Source of the DNA: Azolla caroliniana
Lineage: Eukaryota > Plantae > Polypodiophyta
NCBI GenBank assembly: GCA_043228905.1
Contig: JBHGNT010000012.1
Location: 20,150,001 to 20,214,000, forward strand
Length of the DNA: 64,000 bases
Direction of reading: 5' to 3'
The notes under the pieces are model-generated. The model worked only from the letters and a program-made list of their open reading frames with translations. It was not told the DNA's origin and ran no database searches. The stretch's first letter is position 1. The number at the start of each line of letters is the position of its first letter. Made by a program: the position numbers and the translations under genes. Shown piece after piece: positions 37,001 to 47,500 of this stretch.

Positions 37001-40000
37001 TCCCAAGTTGATGCATCTATTTTCTCAGGTTTGTTCATACCATATTATATGGGCAACCACAAGTCCTTGCATACTAGCATGACCCTCATTTTGGACTTCC
37101 ATATAGAGTAGTTGGATTTGATAAGCTTCATTATCCCACCTAGTGGTTCATCAATATTCCAAATTTTGCAGAAGGTATGAACCTCGACTCTAATACCACT
37201 TGTTAAGAATACTAAACTGAGTCAGGATTAGCTCAGATTTCCAAGTCAATATATAGATCAGACGCAACGAAAATAAAAACAAAGTACACCCGATATTAAC
37301 GTGGAAAACCCAAAACGAGAAAAACCACGGGAACCTTAAGTTCCAAGACAAATTCACTATAGTCTAAGTATAGGTGTTGACAATCTCTAGAGATTGCACT
37401 ATAGGATTACAAAGTTGTGGGCTCCACTTGAGTGGATAGACCCCATAATTCATCCTAGAGTTCCCTAACAAAACAAGCATCTTCATTCTCCAATAAGCTA
37501 ATCTGTACTACCAGACTTACCAACCATTTGAGTAGAGAACTAAGAAGGGCACCTCTTTATGCTCTAAGAGAAAATTCTCTAGTTGATTCACAACTGCAAT
37601 CTGCCCAATAGAACCACAAATAAGGAAATAGTAAAAGATCTTATCAACATTGTTGCAAGATTCATACACTTGTTTAGACTAAATTTTGCAATGAAAACAA
37701 AATAACCTGTTCAGTAGAATCACAAATGCGGAAGTAGTAAATATTAGAAAGAATCTTATCCACATTGCATGATTCCTCCACTAGCTTAGAGTATCCTGTA
37801 CGATGAAAATGATGTTGTGCGACATATGCTTCAGCTATCTGTGAAGCACGCTCAACCATAAAGCTGCCTTCAGTATCTGTTAGCAAATAAATAATAACAT
37901 TCACACTCAAGTTACAACCATGAATAATTGAAGAGCAAGTAGAAGATGCACCACCTATGTATACAGCACTTCCACCAACACCATCTCCATCTTTGGAAAT
38001 CTGCACATTAATTGCTAATTGCATTCTGGAAAAGATTTTATTACCATGTTTTCATGTTTATTCGTTTCACTAATCCAAAAACAAGGTAAAGCTCACAATT
38101 TATCACCTTAAGGTCATGGGTTTAAGTCTAAAGAAATATTTCTAATATTGCATTCACCATGGACAAACATTACTTCCTTCGAGATCAGTGCATTAGTCAT
38201 TAATAATTAATTTAATTTTCGTAAAAGCATGGCTTTATGAATTCAATTTTTTGCTACACAAGGGTTGAAAACAATATCCTTGCCCAAGCAACGGGAATGC
38301 TAAAGAAAATATATTAGCTTCCTTCTTACTCTATTCTAGATTTGGATATCATTACAATAGTTTTTGACAAACATTTGTCTTCGAAACATGGATTTAAGAT
38401 GTTTAATTATCTCACAATCCAAGAATTTAAAGCACAAATATTGCCTCATAAAAGACAATGCAAGAATAAAAGAGGTTTGCAGCATTCTTACCCGAACTGA
38501 GTCTTACCAATGCCTGGTGCACCACCTGTTCCGAAAGGTCACCCTTTTTAATTAAGGGCATGTTCTAGGGAAGAAATTGAATTTCCTCATCAAGCTTATC
38601 AATATTAAAAGATTTCTTCAATGATAAACTTACAAATTTCGGTGACTTCTTTGAGACATATCCCTCCTCCTAACAATGAGTCAAGTTCTGCACAGGATGT
38701 GGTTATGCGTTTTCGTGCCTTCTCATAGCAAAGCAAGTCCCATGCTGTTTTCCCACCTGAGAAACTTTAATCTATTATATTTGATATCAAATCAAAGTAA
38801 CACGGGTTTCCATTCATTATGTCTGATATCCAATCTAAGAAACTAAGACTTTTGAGGAGTATCGCCGATATCTGACAAAAATCACTTATGTTTTTGTGCA
38901 TTACAGCTGAGCAAAGTCCCTTAGATTTTCAAGCATTGTAGCTGACACCTGTTCGAAATTACTTGGGATTTCGTGCATTATAACCAAAAGCTGATCAAAA
39001 TTACATAGGCTTTTGTGCATCATAGCCAAAACCCGGCCAAAGTCACTTGGGTTTTCGCACATTATTGCCAATACCTGATTAAAGTGACTCCATTTTAGAT
39101 ACTATAGCCAATATCTTATCAAAATCACCATGGATTACATGCATTGCAACCAGTACGTGATCAGAGTCACATATGTTTTCATGCATTATAGCTGATATTA
39201 GATCAAATTCAATAATGCTTTCATGCATTATAGCCTGTAAGACTATAAATGATTGAAGTTCCTAACGCATTCTTGCACCTCAAATTCACTTAGGCTTTCA
39301 TGTATTATAGCCTATAAGGCTATACAAGATTGATGACACCAAAGCATTCATGCACCTCAAAGTTACTTAAGACTTTTCTGCATTATAACCTATAAGACTA
39401 TATATGGTAAAAGTCACTTAGTCATTTGTGCAGCATGACTAATATCTATAATCTGATCAGATTTGTTTAGGCTTTCAGCCATAATAGACAATAACATATC
39501 AAAGTTATCATAAATATTCCATGCATTATAACAGGTATCCTATTAAACCCATTTAGGCTATCCAAAAAAGAAACAGATTTTTATCAACAATCCAGGGAGT
39601 AAGTTGTGATCTCACCACGAAGTAAGCTTTGATTCTGCGGGGATGCGCCAATGCCCCGTAAGGACTTGATGATGTGCAGAGCTTCTTCCTGAGATACTTG
39701 AATATCTAGACAAGAAAAGTGAAAGCCGTCAGAAAAACAAAAGGAAATGAAAACCTAAACACAGAGTAGATCCCTAGAAGCTTGGTGAGAACCTTAACCT
39801 ACAAAAGAAAACTATGCACAATGAAAACACTTGGCGTGCAGTACGTAAATATTAGTAAAAACCTAAGAAAACGGTGAGATCCTAAACACGTAGGGGTAGG
39901 TGCCTACAAAAACGGTGAAAACCTAAGCTTTGAACAAATATGCTGAAAATAAAGTAAAACAGGGTTCAGAAAGAAAAACACAGAACACTCGGTGACAAAC

Positions 40001-40448
40001 ACATTCTGCAGGAAATGCTAGAAAGAAGAAGAGATGCAGAATAAAGCCAATGGCCTAAGCTTTGAAAAAACGCGATGAAATCCGAGACACAAAGATGGAA
40101 AATGGAACTCATGAACAGTGTATTTAAGAAGAAAAAAATCCGTAAAACACACAGTTCAACAGGAAAAACGAAAACCTAAAAACACGTGATCGGAAGAAAT
40201 CGTGAACCGAGATGTTTCAAAGAAACCCTAGAAAAACAACACAAGTGGAAAGAGAGACCTAAAACGGGGAAATGCAGGAAATAAGAGACGCGAGCGACGA
40301 CGAACTTCATTTTTCCGTATTTTGACTTACCTCGAGCAAGTGCAGAAGGGGCAGTGGAGAGCAGGGAGGCGATGGAGCGGTATCCAGCTTCGGCGAGCTT
40401 GGAGCGAAGGGCGACAGGGAAAGGCCACACTGCGTTCACCTCCTCCAT
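30046..40448 (-). CDS. RAD51C: DNA repair protein RAD51 homolog 3 (RAD51C), 10 exons
   Basis: Exons 40448-40331, 39705-39616, 38756-38634, 38525-38492, 38025-37955, 37876-37707, 37600-37553, 32376-32245, 30423-30357, 30218-30046; Walker A GAPGIGKT, MQLAINVQI, IDTEGSF, Walker B LIVIDSITFHFR, NQVTTK, GESWSH..TNRVILYW, KSPS. Confidence 0.9.
30706..30760 (+). mobile_element. Orphan Copia LTR end, PBS and leader fragment
   Basis: AACA-AGTGGTATCA..GGTTCATACCTTCCGCAAGATTGGAACA matches the reverse complement of 37150-37204 (PBS region of the minus-strand Copia). Confidence 0.75.
30761..31408. mobile_element. Fold-back (long-TIR) element: left arm, loop and inner half of the right arm
   Basis: Starts TGTTAACGTACGAG; 30924-31085 is the reverse complement of 31272-31408. 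Confidence 0.75.
32755..34852 (+). mobile_element. Degraded Ty1/Copia 5' half (LTR 32755-~33378, gag/PR/GAG-pre-INT/INT), truncated in integrase
   Basis: WIIDSGTSYHIT, LWHKRLGH, YFATFIDNFS, DNGGEY; LTR similar to 37201-37452; ends at KSFWDKAMRIAV. Confidence 0.85.
33377..33521. mobile_element. Outer half of the right arm of the fold-back element
   Basis: Reverse complement of 30761-30915; ends CTCGTACGTTAACA, followed by ATATG (GTATG precedes 30761). Confidence 0.8.
34881..35337. mobile_element. hAT-type MITE family A at the axis of the Copia inverted pair
   Basis: TAACAATCGG...CCGATTGTTA; 8-bp TSD AATTGACT at 34873-34880 and 35338-35345. Confidence 0.93.
35346..37452 (-). mobile_element. 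Degraded Ty1/Copia 5' half (LTR 37452-37201, PBS, gag zinc knuckle, PR, INT), truncated in integrase
   Basis: TG...CA 252-bp LTR, tRNA-Met-type PBS AGTGGTATTAGAG, CHYCGGPNHYERDC, MDSGASYHIT, ELWHKRLGHMS, ends at KSFWGKAMRIAV. Confidence 0.9.
38860..39560. repeat. Degenerate ~45-bp minisatellite in RAD51C intron 2
   Basis: Recurring ATCAAAGTCACTTAGG.TTTT.ATGCATTATAGC variants, more than 10 units. Confidence 0.7.
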
Positions 40449-40586
40449 GGCCCAAGCAAGGGAACCTGTTTCCTCTGATTCTCTCTGTCTCTCTGAGCTT
40501 CTTCTCTTTCCTCTGATTCTCTCTGTCTCTGAGCTTCTTCTCTCCTTTCAGAAGCTCTCTCTCTCTGCAATGGTGGCGGAGCCCCC

Positions 40587-41220
40587 GCCATGGCGGTCTT
40601 CAGGGTTTAGGCTTTAGGCTTTAGGCAGCCCTTTTTCCAGGATGTGGCTAGCAATAGACACGGTTTCGGTTAGAACCGAACCGTTAAGCCATGGTTTAAT
40701 AGTTTATTGGCTCCGAAAAAAAATTTAATGGTTTGGTTTGGATTTTCGATAAACGGTTCGGTTTTGTTCTAAAACTTGGGTTTATTGGTTTTTGGTTAAC
40801 CTTTCTTTTTTTTTACCTTAATAGTTCAATTAAAGTTTCTTTTATTGATTTAATAAATTTAACTTAAATGCTTATTTAATTTAATGTACATATTTTTGTT
40901 TTTTTGGATGTTTAATTAGTTTGATTTAAGCTTAATACGCCATGGCGGTCTTCAGGGTTTAGGCTTTAAGCATCCCTTTTTCGAGGATGTGGCTAGCAAT
41001 GGACACAGTTTCGGTTCGAACCGAACCGAACCCTTAAGCCATGGTTTAACAGTTTATTGGTTCCCAAAATTTTTTAATGGTTTGGTTTGGATTTTTTATA
41101 AACAGTTCGGTTTGGTTCTAAAACTTAGGTTTACAGGTTTTTGGTTTACTTTTTTTTTACCTTAATATGTAGTTTATTAAATTAATGGATTTTTATTGAT
41201 TTAATTAATTTAACTTTTAT
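40587..41220. repeat. About 350-bp tandem duplication upstream of RAD51C, including telo-like motifs and a MITE-like end
   Basis: CGCCATGGCGGTCTTCAGGGTTTAGGCTTTA...GGATGTGGCTAGCAAT at about 40587 and 40938. Confidence 0.8.
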
Positions 41221-41229
41221 ATGAGGAAA

Positions 41230-41586
41230 TAATAATCGACAACAGTTCGGTTTGGTTTGAGAGTGTCAAAATCGAACCATTTAAAATTTTTGAAACTTGA
41301 ACCAAACCATGAAATTGTGTAAATCGAACTGTTAAAAAGTAATCTAAACCATTAAATCGTTAAAACCGCGATTTTGTGGTTCAATTTCAATTTTCAACTT
41401 AGGTTGAATTTTAAAAAAATTTATTATTTTAAATTTAAATTTTTCTACAATTTAAAGATTTTTTTAAAATGTGAGACATTAGGCTTAAAAATGAAAATAT
41501 TGTTTTAAAATTTTTTTGAAACCATTAAACCATTAAAACTATGGTTTCTAATTGTTAAAACCGAACTGAACCATTGCCGACTATTA
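41230..41586. mobile_element. Older, diverged MITE family A copy
   Basis: TAATAATCGACAAC...TTGCCGACTATTA; imperfect TSD TGAGGAAA / TGGGAAAA. Confidence 0.75.
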
Positions 41587-41594
41587 TGGGAAAA

Positions 41595-42400
41595 GGGACA
41601 TTTGCATTTAATGCAATGAGGCGCATGGGTCCTTCATTCTTCATTTTTGGGGTGGTCTTCTTCGGTGTTAATGGGAGCTTGGGAATGTTCATCTTTGTCT
41701 ACTTCGATTTTGCCAATTGGGGGAGTCTTCTTTGGTTTTCTTTTCTTCTTCGACTCTTCTTTATATAAGTTTTCAAATCTCGAGTGGAAGCAATGAGGAG
41801 GCAACAAGCAAACACACCAATTGTTTGTTGGGAGGATAGAGTGACATGAGAGGTACTCGTGGTCTTCATGGCCCGCTTGACTCACCTACACCTAAAGCTT
41901 TGCTCCTCTCACTTCTATTTCTTGAGGTTGCCACCATTGTAACCCCTTCGCCTTTGTTACTTATTAACCCTAATTTATAAAAGGGTTTTTCTTTGTAATT
42001 GTGTATTCTTCGGCCTTCAAAGTGGTCATTATGTCTTAAACTCATACTCGTTGCATTATTCACGTGATTAATCTCTCTTGTTTAAGCGCCCAAGATGATT
42101 TAGTTCACATTGGCGAACCCCCGCGATTTCGTGTTTCACAAGCGTTTGCTCCTCTTCGTGCATCACCTTCGATTTACTCCTTTCTTCGACAAGAGTGAGT
42201 CTTTGACATATGTGATTTCTTTGACTATAGGGATTTCTTCAACATACTCCTCCCTTCGACACGTTTCTTTGATATCAACTAATCCTTTTTTACTCCTAGA
42301 TCTTTTCGACCCCATGTTTTTGAGTCCTCCTAACCTTAACGTCCTCCTTGGTTCGAGACCCCATGTGGTCCCACTCAAGTAGAACACACACGCCCTTTTA
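41595..42400 (-). mobile_element. Degraded TE coding fragment, possibly gag-like
   Basis: Broken Lys/Glu-rich minus-strand ORFs between MITE fragments; no diagnostic motif. Confidence 0.3.
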
Positions 42401-44511
42401 AGGCTTAATCGGTTTGGATAAACCGGTTCCTAAACTGATTTATGGGTAAACCGATTTAGGAGCTCATTCAGTTCAAGTTTGAAAACTCCTAAACCGGTTA
42501 AGGCTTAACCTGTTTCGTTTGGACTAGGCCAAACTGCTTAATCCAAAACCGAATTGTTGTCAATCCCATAATTTCTATAAAAATACGTAGGAATTTTACA
42601 CAATATGCATAATAAATTATATATATATATTCTATTTTTATATCTCAATTTTGGGCTTTAAAGTGTACGCGTAAATAAAAATAGGTAAAAACTACTAGTG
42701 TTTATAAAACAAAAAGGGTCCACGTAAATACACGAATACAATTATTTATATTTATATTTATTATAACAAGATTAAATATGTACATGTTACAACACGTATA
42801 AATAAATATACGAATACCTTATTTATATTTATTATGACAGATTAAAGATATGTAAGAACACGTATAAAACATATACATACGTATTTAGATATACGAATAC
42901 ATGATTTATATGCACGTTTATTATCACATATTAAATACATGTACGAAGTTAGAACACGTAAAAATATACGAATACATTTATTATACTTCTATTTATATTT
43001 GTATTATTACACATTAAAATACATGTATAAACACATACGTATAAATATACGTATCGAAAGGTAAATAATGTATTCAGATCTTCTAGCAGCAGCAGAGGAT
43101 CTGCAGCAGTGATTGATTGATTGATCTGAAGAAGAAGAAGAAGAAGAAGAAGGTCGCTCGCTGATCGTTTCGCTAATAGGTATGCTCTCTCTCCCTCACG
43201 TTCTTCTTCTGCTACCTTCACTCTGCACCTTTCTATGCTCTCTTGCTCAAATCCACTCTTGATGAAGTTTTATTTATTTGTTTTTATTTTATATCAATTC
43301 TTTTCTTGATTCAATTGGGTGATTGTTTTCCGTGAATGAAATTTGGAGGGTTTTTTGTTTGATTCGTGTCTGTTTCTCTCTCTCTCTCTCTCTTATCTAT
43401 CTATCTATCTATCTATCTATATACACACACACACACACACACACCAAAGGCCAGATTGTTTAGTTACGATTTCGTTTTTTCTTTTTTTTTCGGACGATTC
43501 TTCTGAGAAATTTCAGGTTTTGGAACAATTGATTCCGCTCTTAGATCTGGTGATTGTTAACTTTTCAATTATATCTGCAATTCCGTGGTTTCTTTCTAAA
43601 GCTTCAATATCACTGAGATTTTATTGTTTGTTGTTTTATTTGAGTTATTCTATCATTGGAATTCCAGGGGTTTTACATGTTATATGCCATTTGATTATCC
43701 TTGGCTGTTGTCAACGATATTGTTATAGATTCAATGTTCGTTTTTTTATGGATTTCATCATATCTGAAATTCTAGTTTTTCCGAAAGACTTCTTCTGGTT
43801 GTGGCGATGTAACATCAAGATTAATTGTTCCTGCCACCTCCGCAATTGTAGGGTTTCCCATTTAGTTTCAAATAATTCTGCTGAAAATTTAGGGTTATTT
43901 AAGCCTTTCTGCAGTTTCTTTGTACGATGATTTGTGGCCAAGGTCAATGATATTGTTATGCATTCGCTATTTCTGAGTTTTGTTTTTGAATGCATTTTCT
44001 GAATTTCTTGCATTTTTATTTTCTATGATGGCCAAGAACTTTAATATTATTACCTATTTCATTAACTTTAAACTTCTAGAATTTGCTGTTCAGTCCAAAC
44101 AAATCTTCTGCATTTCTAGGGTTTTGAATGATTTCTGCTGTTTGACATTGTGGGTTATGGGCAAGATGAATGTGCAGGTCTCATCATCCTGGCAGTTCCT
44201 GGGTTTGTTTAGTTTATACTGTTTCTGCCATTTCTAGATCTGATGACCTGTTTCCACTAAAACATATTAGGTGTTTTTTCCTGATGAAGAGTATTGCCCA
44301 CTATTATTTTATATTAATTACTCAATTGATTATGCTTCCATTTTTGTATATAAATATTGCTGTCAATTTAATTATTCTGGGACATTCTGTTTCATTTGAA
44401 TGATTTTTGTTATTACAATGACTACAAGGATTGGCTGATCTTGGTCAAGATTAACGTGATAGCTAACAGTTGTTGTTTTTTATTTGGAGGCTTTGCAGTT
44501 CTTTCCATTAT

Positions 44512-47500
44512 ATGCTTCCTGAGAAGAGAGGTGCCAGAGGAGATTCAGGAAGCATGTTGAAGAAACCGCTGCCCGAGGACAATGCCACAGCGATCGAGGA
44601 GTCCATGCCTTCTGATATCACGTCTGGAATTGATATTGATGAGGATCTTCACAGTCGTCAATTGGCTGTCTATGGAAGAGAGACCATGAGACGGCTCTTT
44701 GCTGCAAATGTGCTGATCTCGGGGCTTCATGGTCTAGGTGTTGAAATAGGTAAGCATCCATCATCCACTAGCACTCCAAAGTTGTGTGCTCCACTAGGGA
44801 AGAAGGGCATGCGGCACAAACCAGTCTTGGTAGAAAATGTCAGGCCTAAAAAATAGGCAATTGTGAAGTGTTCAAATAGGTAAGAATGTGCTTGCAATGT
44901 AACGCTCGTTGTGGCTGGCCTAACGCACAACGATGCATGGCACATAGTTCCTATGATGCGCAAAGTTTTGCTTGCTACTCGACCGAGTTTCCTTTCATAC
45001 ATAAAGTTGTAGGAAATTATGATTTTAACTACCTAGGGTCTCTAGCGCCAGAGATCATGTTAGAGTAAAGAAATACACAAGGTACATCTGATTGGGTGTA
45101 ATTTTTGAATTTGATTCACTACTCTGAAATTAGAAGATTTTTTAGAAACAGCCCTAGGGGGTGGCTTACTTTCGGTCACGTTGCATTTGGTCTATTCTTT
45201 TTCTTTGGTCGAAGGTGCAAGGACCCTCTTCAGGTTTTTTTTTGCTGGTATTGATCTAGATCTGGACACTTGGATTGAATCTGGAGCATTCTAGTATACT
45301 AGTGCACAAAGATATGATTGCCTAGCAGGTGGTACACATGATAACATATGATGCACCCTTTGTCCCTATGTGTTGCCAACAGGATCTAGAGTATTTTAAT
45401 CAAGAAAGATTAATGAAATTTCCAGTGAGTATTAGTGCTGTAGCAATGCTGTAAATTGAGTCCATCTAAAGCTTAATTAGTGCCAGTGTTAGTATTTTCA
45501 TTGTTTCTAAAATTCTGATTTTTCATGTAAGGTTTTTACTGCCCGATGGGAACATTGAAGGTGACAGGTGAATAAAAAGAATACCATAACCAACTTAATA
45601 TTAAAAAATGTAATGAGAATGGACAGATAATCATGAAACAAACATGCAAAATCCCTGAAGGCCCTGCACATTTGGTGACTTTGTCCCATCACACCAGTAT
45701 CTAGTGTAACAAACATAAATATGATCATGCTTTTTATGTTAGCTTTCAAGTTTGAAGTTCATTGTATTGGATTGTAGGTTGATTTTCTTTTTTTTAGGGA
45801 AAACCTCTTAATATCACAATATGGTTGGTCAACTGAATCACATTGAATTCCATGAATTGTGTACAGTGGAGAAACTATCCATATAAGTCTCATGAATGAT
45901 GAGACATTGACCACACTTACTCGTACATCATGTTCTGACTTTGGGTGCTGCATTCCATATATATATTTTACAATAGAACTTGCATATAAATTCATAATCA
46001 ATGAAGAATCTATGTGCCGCTTGGCCTAAATCTCAATCTCTTTTGTCAGTTGAATCATAGGAACTATGTGCACTTTAGGTGGAATTGAGACCCAAATGCG
46101 CAGGGTTTGAGTATTGATGATTGTTAAAACGCACACCTTTCACAGAACTATTTTCGTTCTTTGTAATGCCATCATTATTTGACATCTGACCTATGGCATG
46201 CTGCAAAGGCAACCAGAATTCTATCATAGAGGGTATGATCTTCTGAAAGGATTTGCTTCACCTATCAAAGTGGTGAAACCAATTACTCAAATCCCTCACG
46301 GAAAGCTGCATATAGAGTTTTAGAACTACTTGCAAACTGTTACATGTGTAGGCATTTGGGTTTTTACAACACCATTTTTAAGTTCACTTTAATTTGGTCC
46401 AATCTTGCTTATTTTCTCTATAATTTGTAAGGATCTAGGGGCATTTCTCTCTCTTGAATACTGTTAAAGGAAATGCTAATTCTTGTTGATATTGTTTCAT
46501 AATTCTAACTTCGTGAAATCAATTTGGATGCAGCAAAAAATGTGATACTTGCTGGTGTCAAGTCTGTGGTGTTGCATGACAAAAAGTCTGTTGAGACATG
46601 GGATCTTGGGGCAAACTTCTATTTTTCAGAGTCTGATATAGGGAAGAACAGAGCACTTGTATGTGCTAATAAGTTGCAAGAGTTGAATACAACTGTTCTT
46701 GTTACAGCAGACACGTCTGAAATAACAGAAGCCTTGATATCTGATTTTCAGGTAGTTATTTCCGTACTGTTTCAACTATAATTTTCTGTCTATGTACAAT
46801 TCAATTGATTGAGGATATGATAACATGAAAGTTTGTGACAATAGTAGAATTTCCTCTAAGAATGGAAAATTTAATTGCACTTGGGACTGTTCATACTGTA
46901 GTTTTCTTACTTATGTTTACTGGCTATACTGTAATATCAACACATATACTATTCAGTTAATTTAGTGTGGTGTGCACATACTGTAAATTTCTTGAACCCA
47001 CATCTTAGTTGTATGGAATGTACCGAAAATGGAAATGACTTTACAAAATAATTGTGGGAAATGTTGCCCCAAATTACTAAACAGTGGGATAGGATTCCAT
47101 TTTAGGTTAAAAAACAGGTAAATTTTATAACTAAAAATACACAGATTTAGTAACTCACTAAAATAAAGGAATAACATAATCTACATTCATAAAGTTAAGA
47201 CGATAAAGATTACACGCCCAAATCAACTAACAAAGCAAATGCTTCCCAATCATAGCCAGTTGTATATTGTAATTTGCTACTAAGGTGATTGTTATTCTTG
47301 ATTGCTAATTTAATCTATAGATAAATATAATGACTGTTTTGCAGTGTAAGAAAAAGGTTTCTCGTTTTGTAAATTGTTTAATTATTACAACTGGTCACTT
47401 TTTAAACTAGTTTTTTTAATTAAACGTAGTTACGTCATTTATTTCTCTCATTTTGGGGCCGTTTCAGAGGTCCTGAAATGCTCACCTATGATGGAAACGC

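Noticed and set aside
38860-39560. CRISPR-like array
   Set aside because: Eukaryotic intron; units are degenerate along their whole length with no constant repeat and unique spacer pattern; no cas genes
43343-43930. 195-aa hydrophobic ORF
   Set aside because: Non-ATG start, microsatellite-derived, T-rich; lies in the probable UBA1 5' UTR intron
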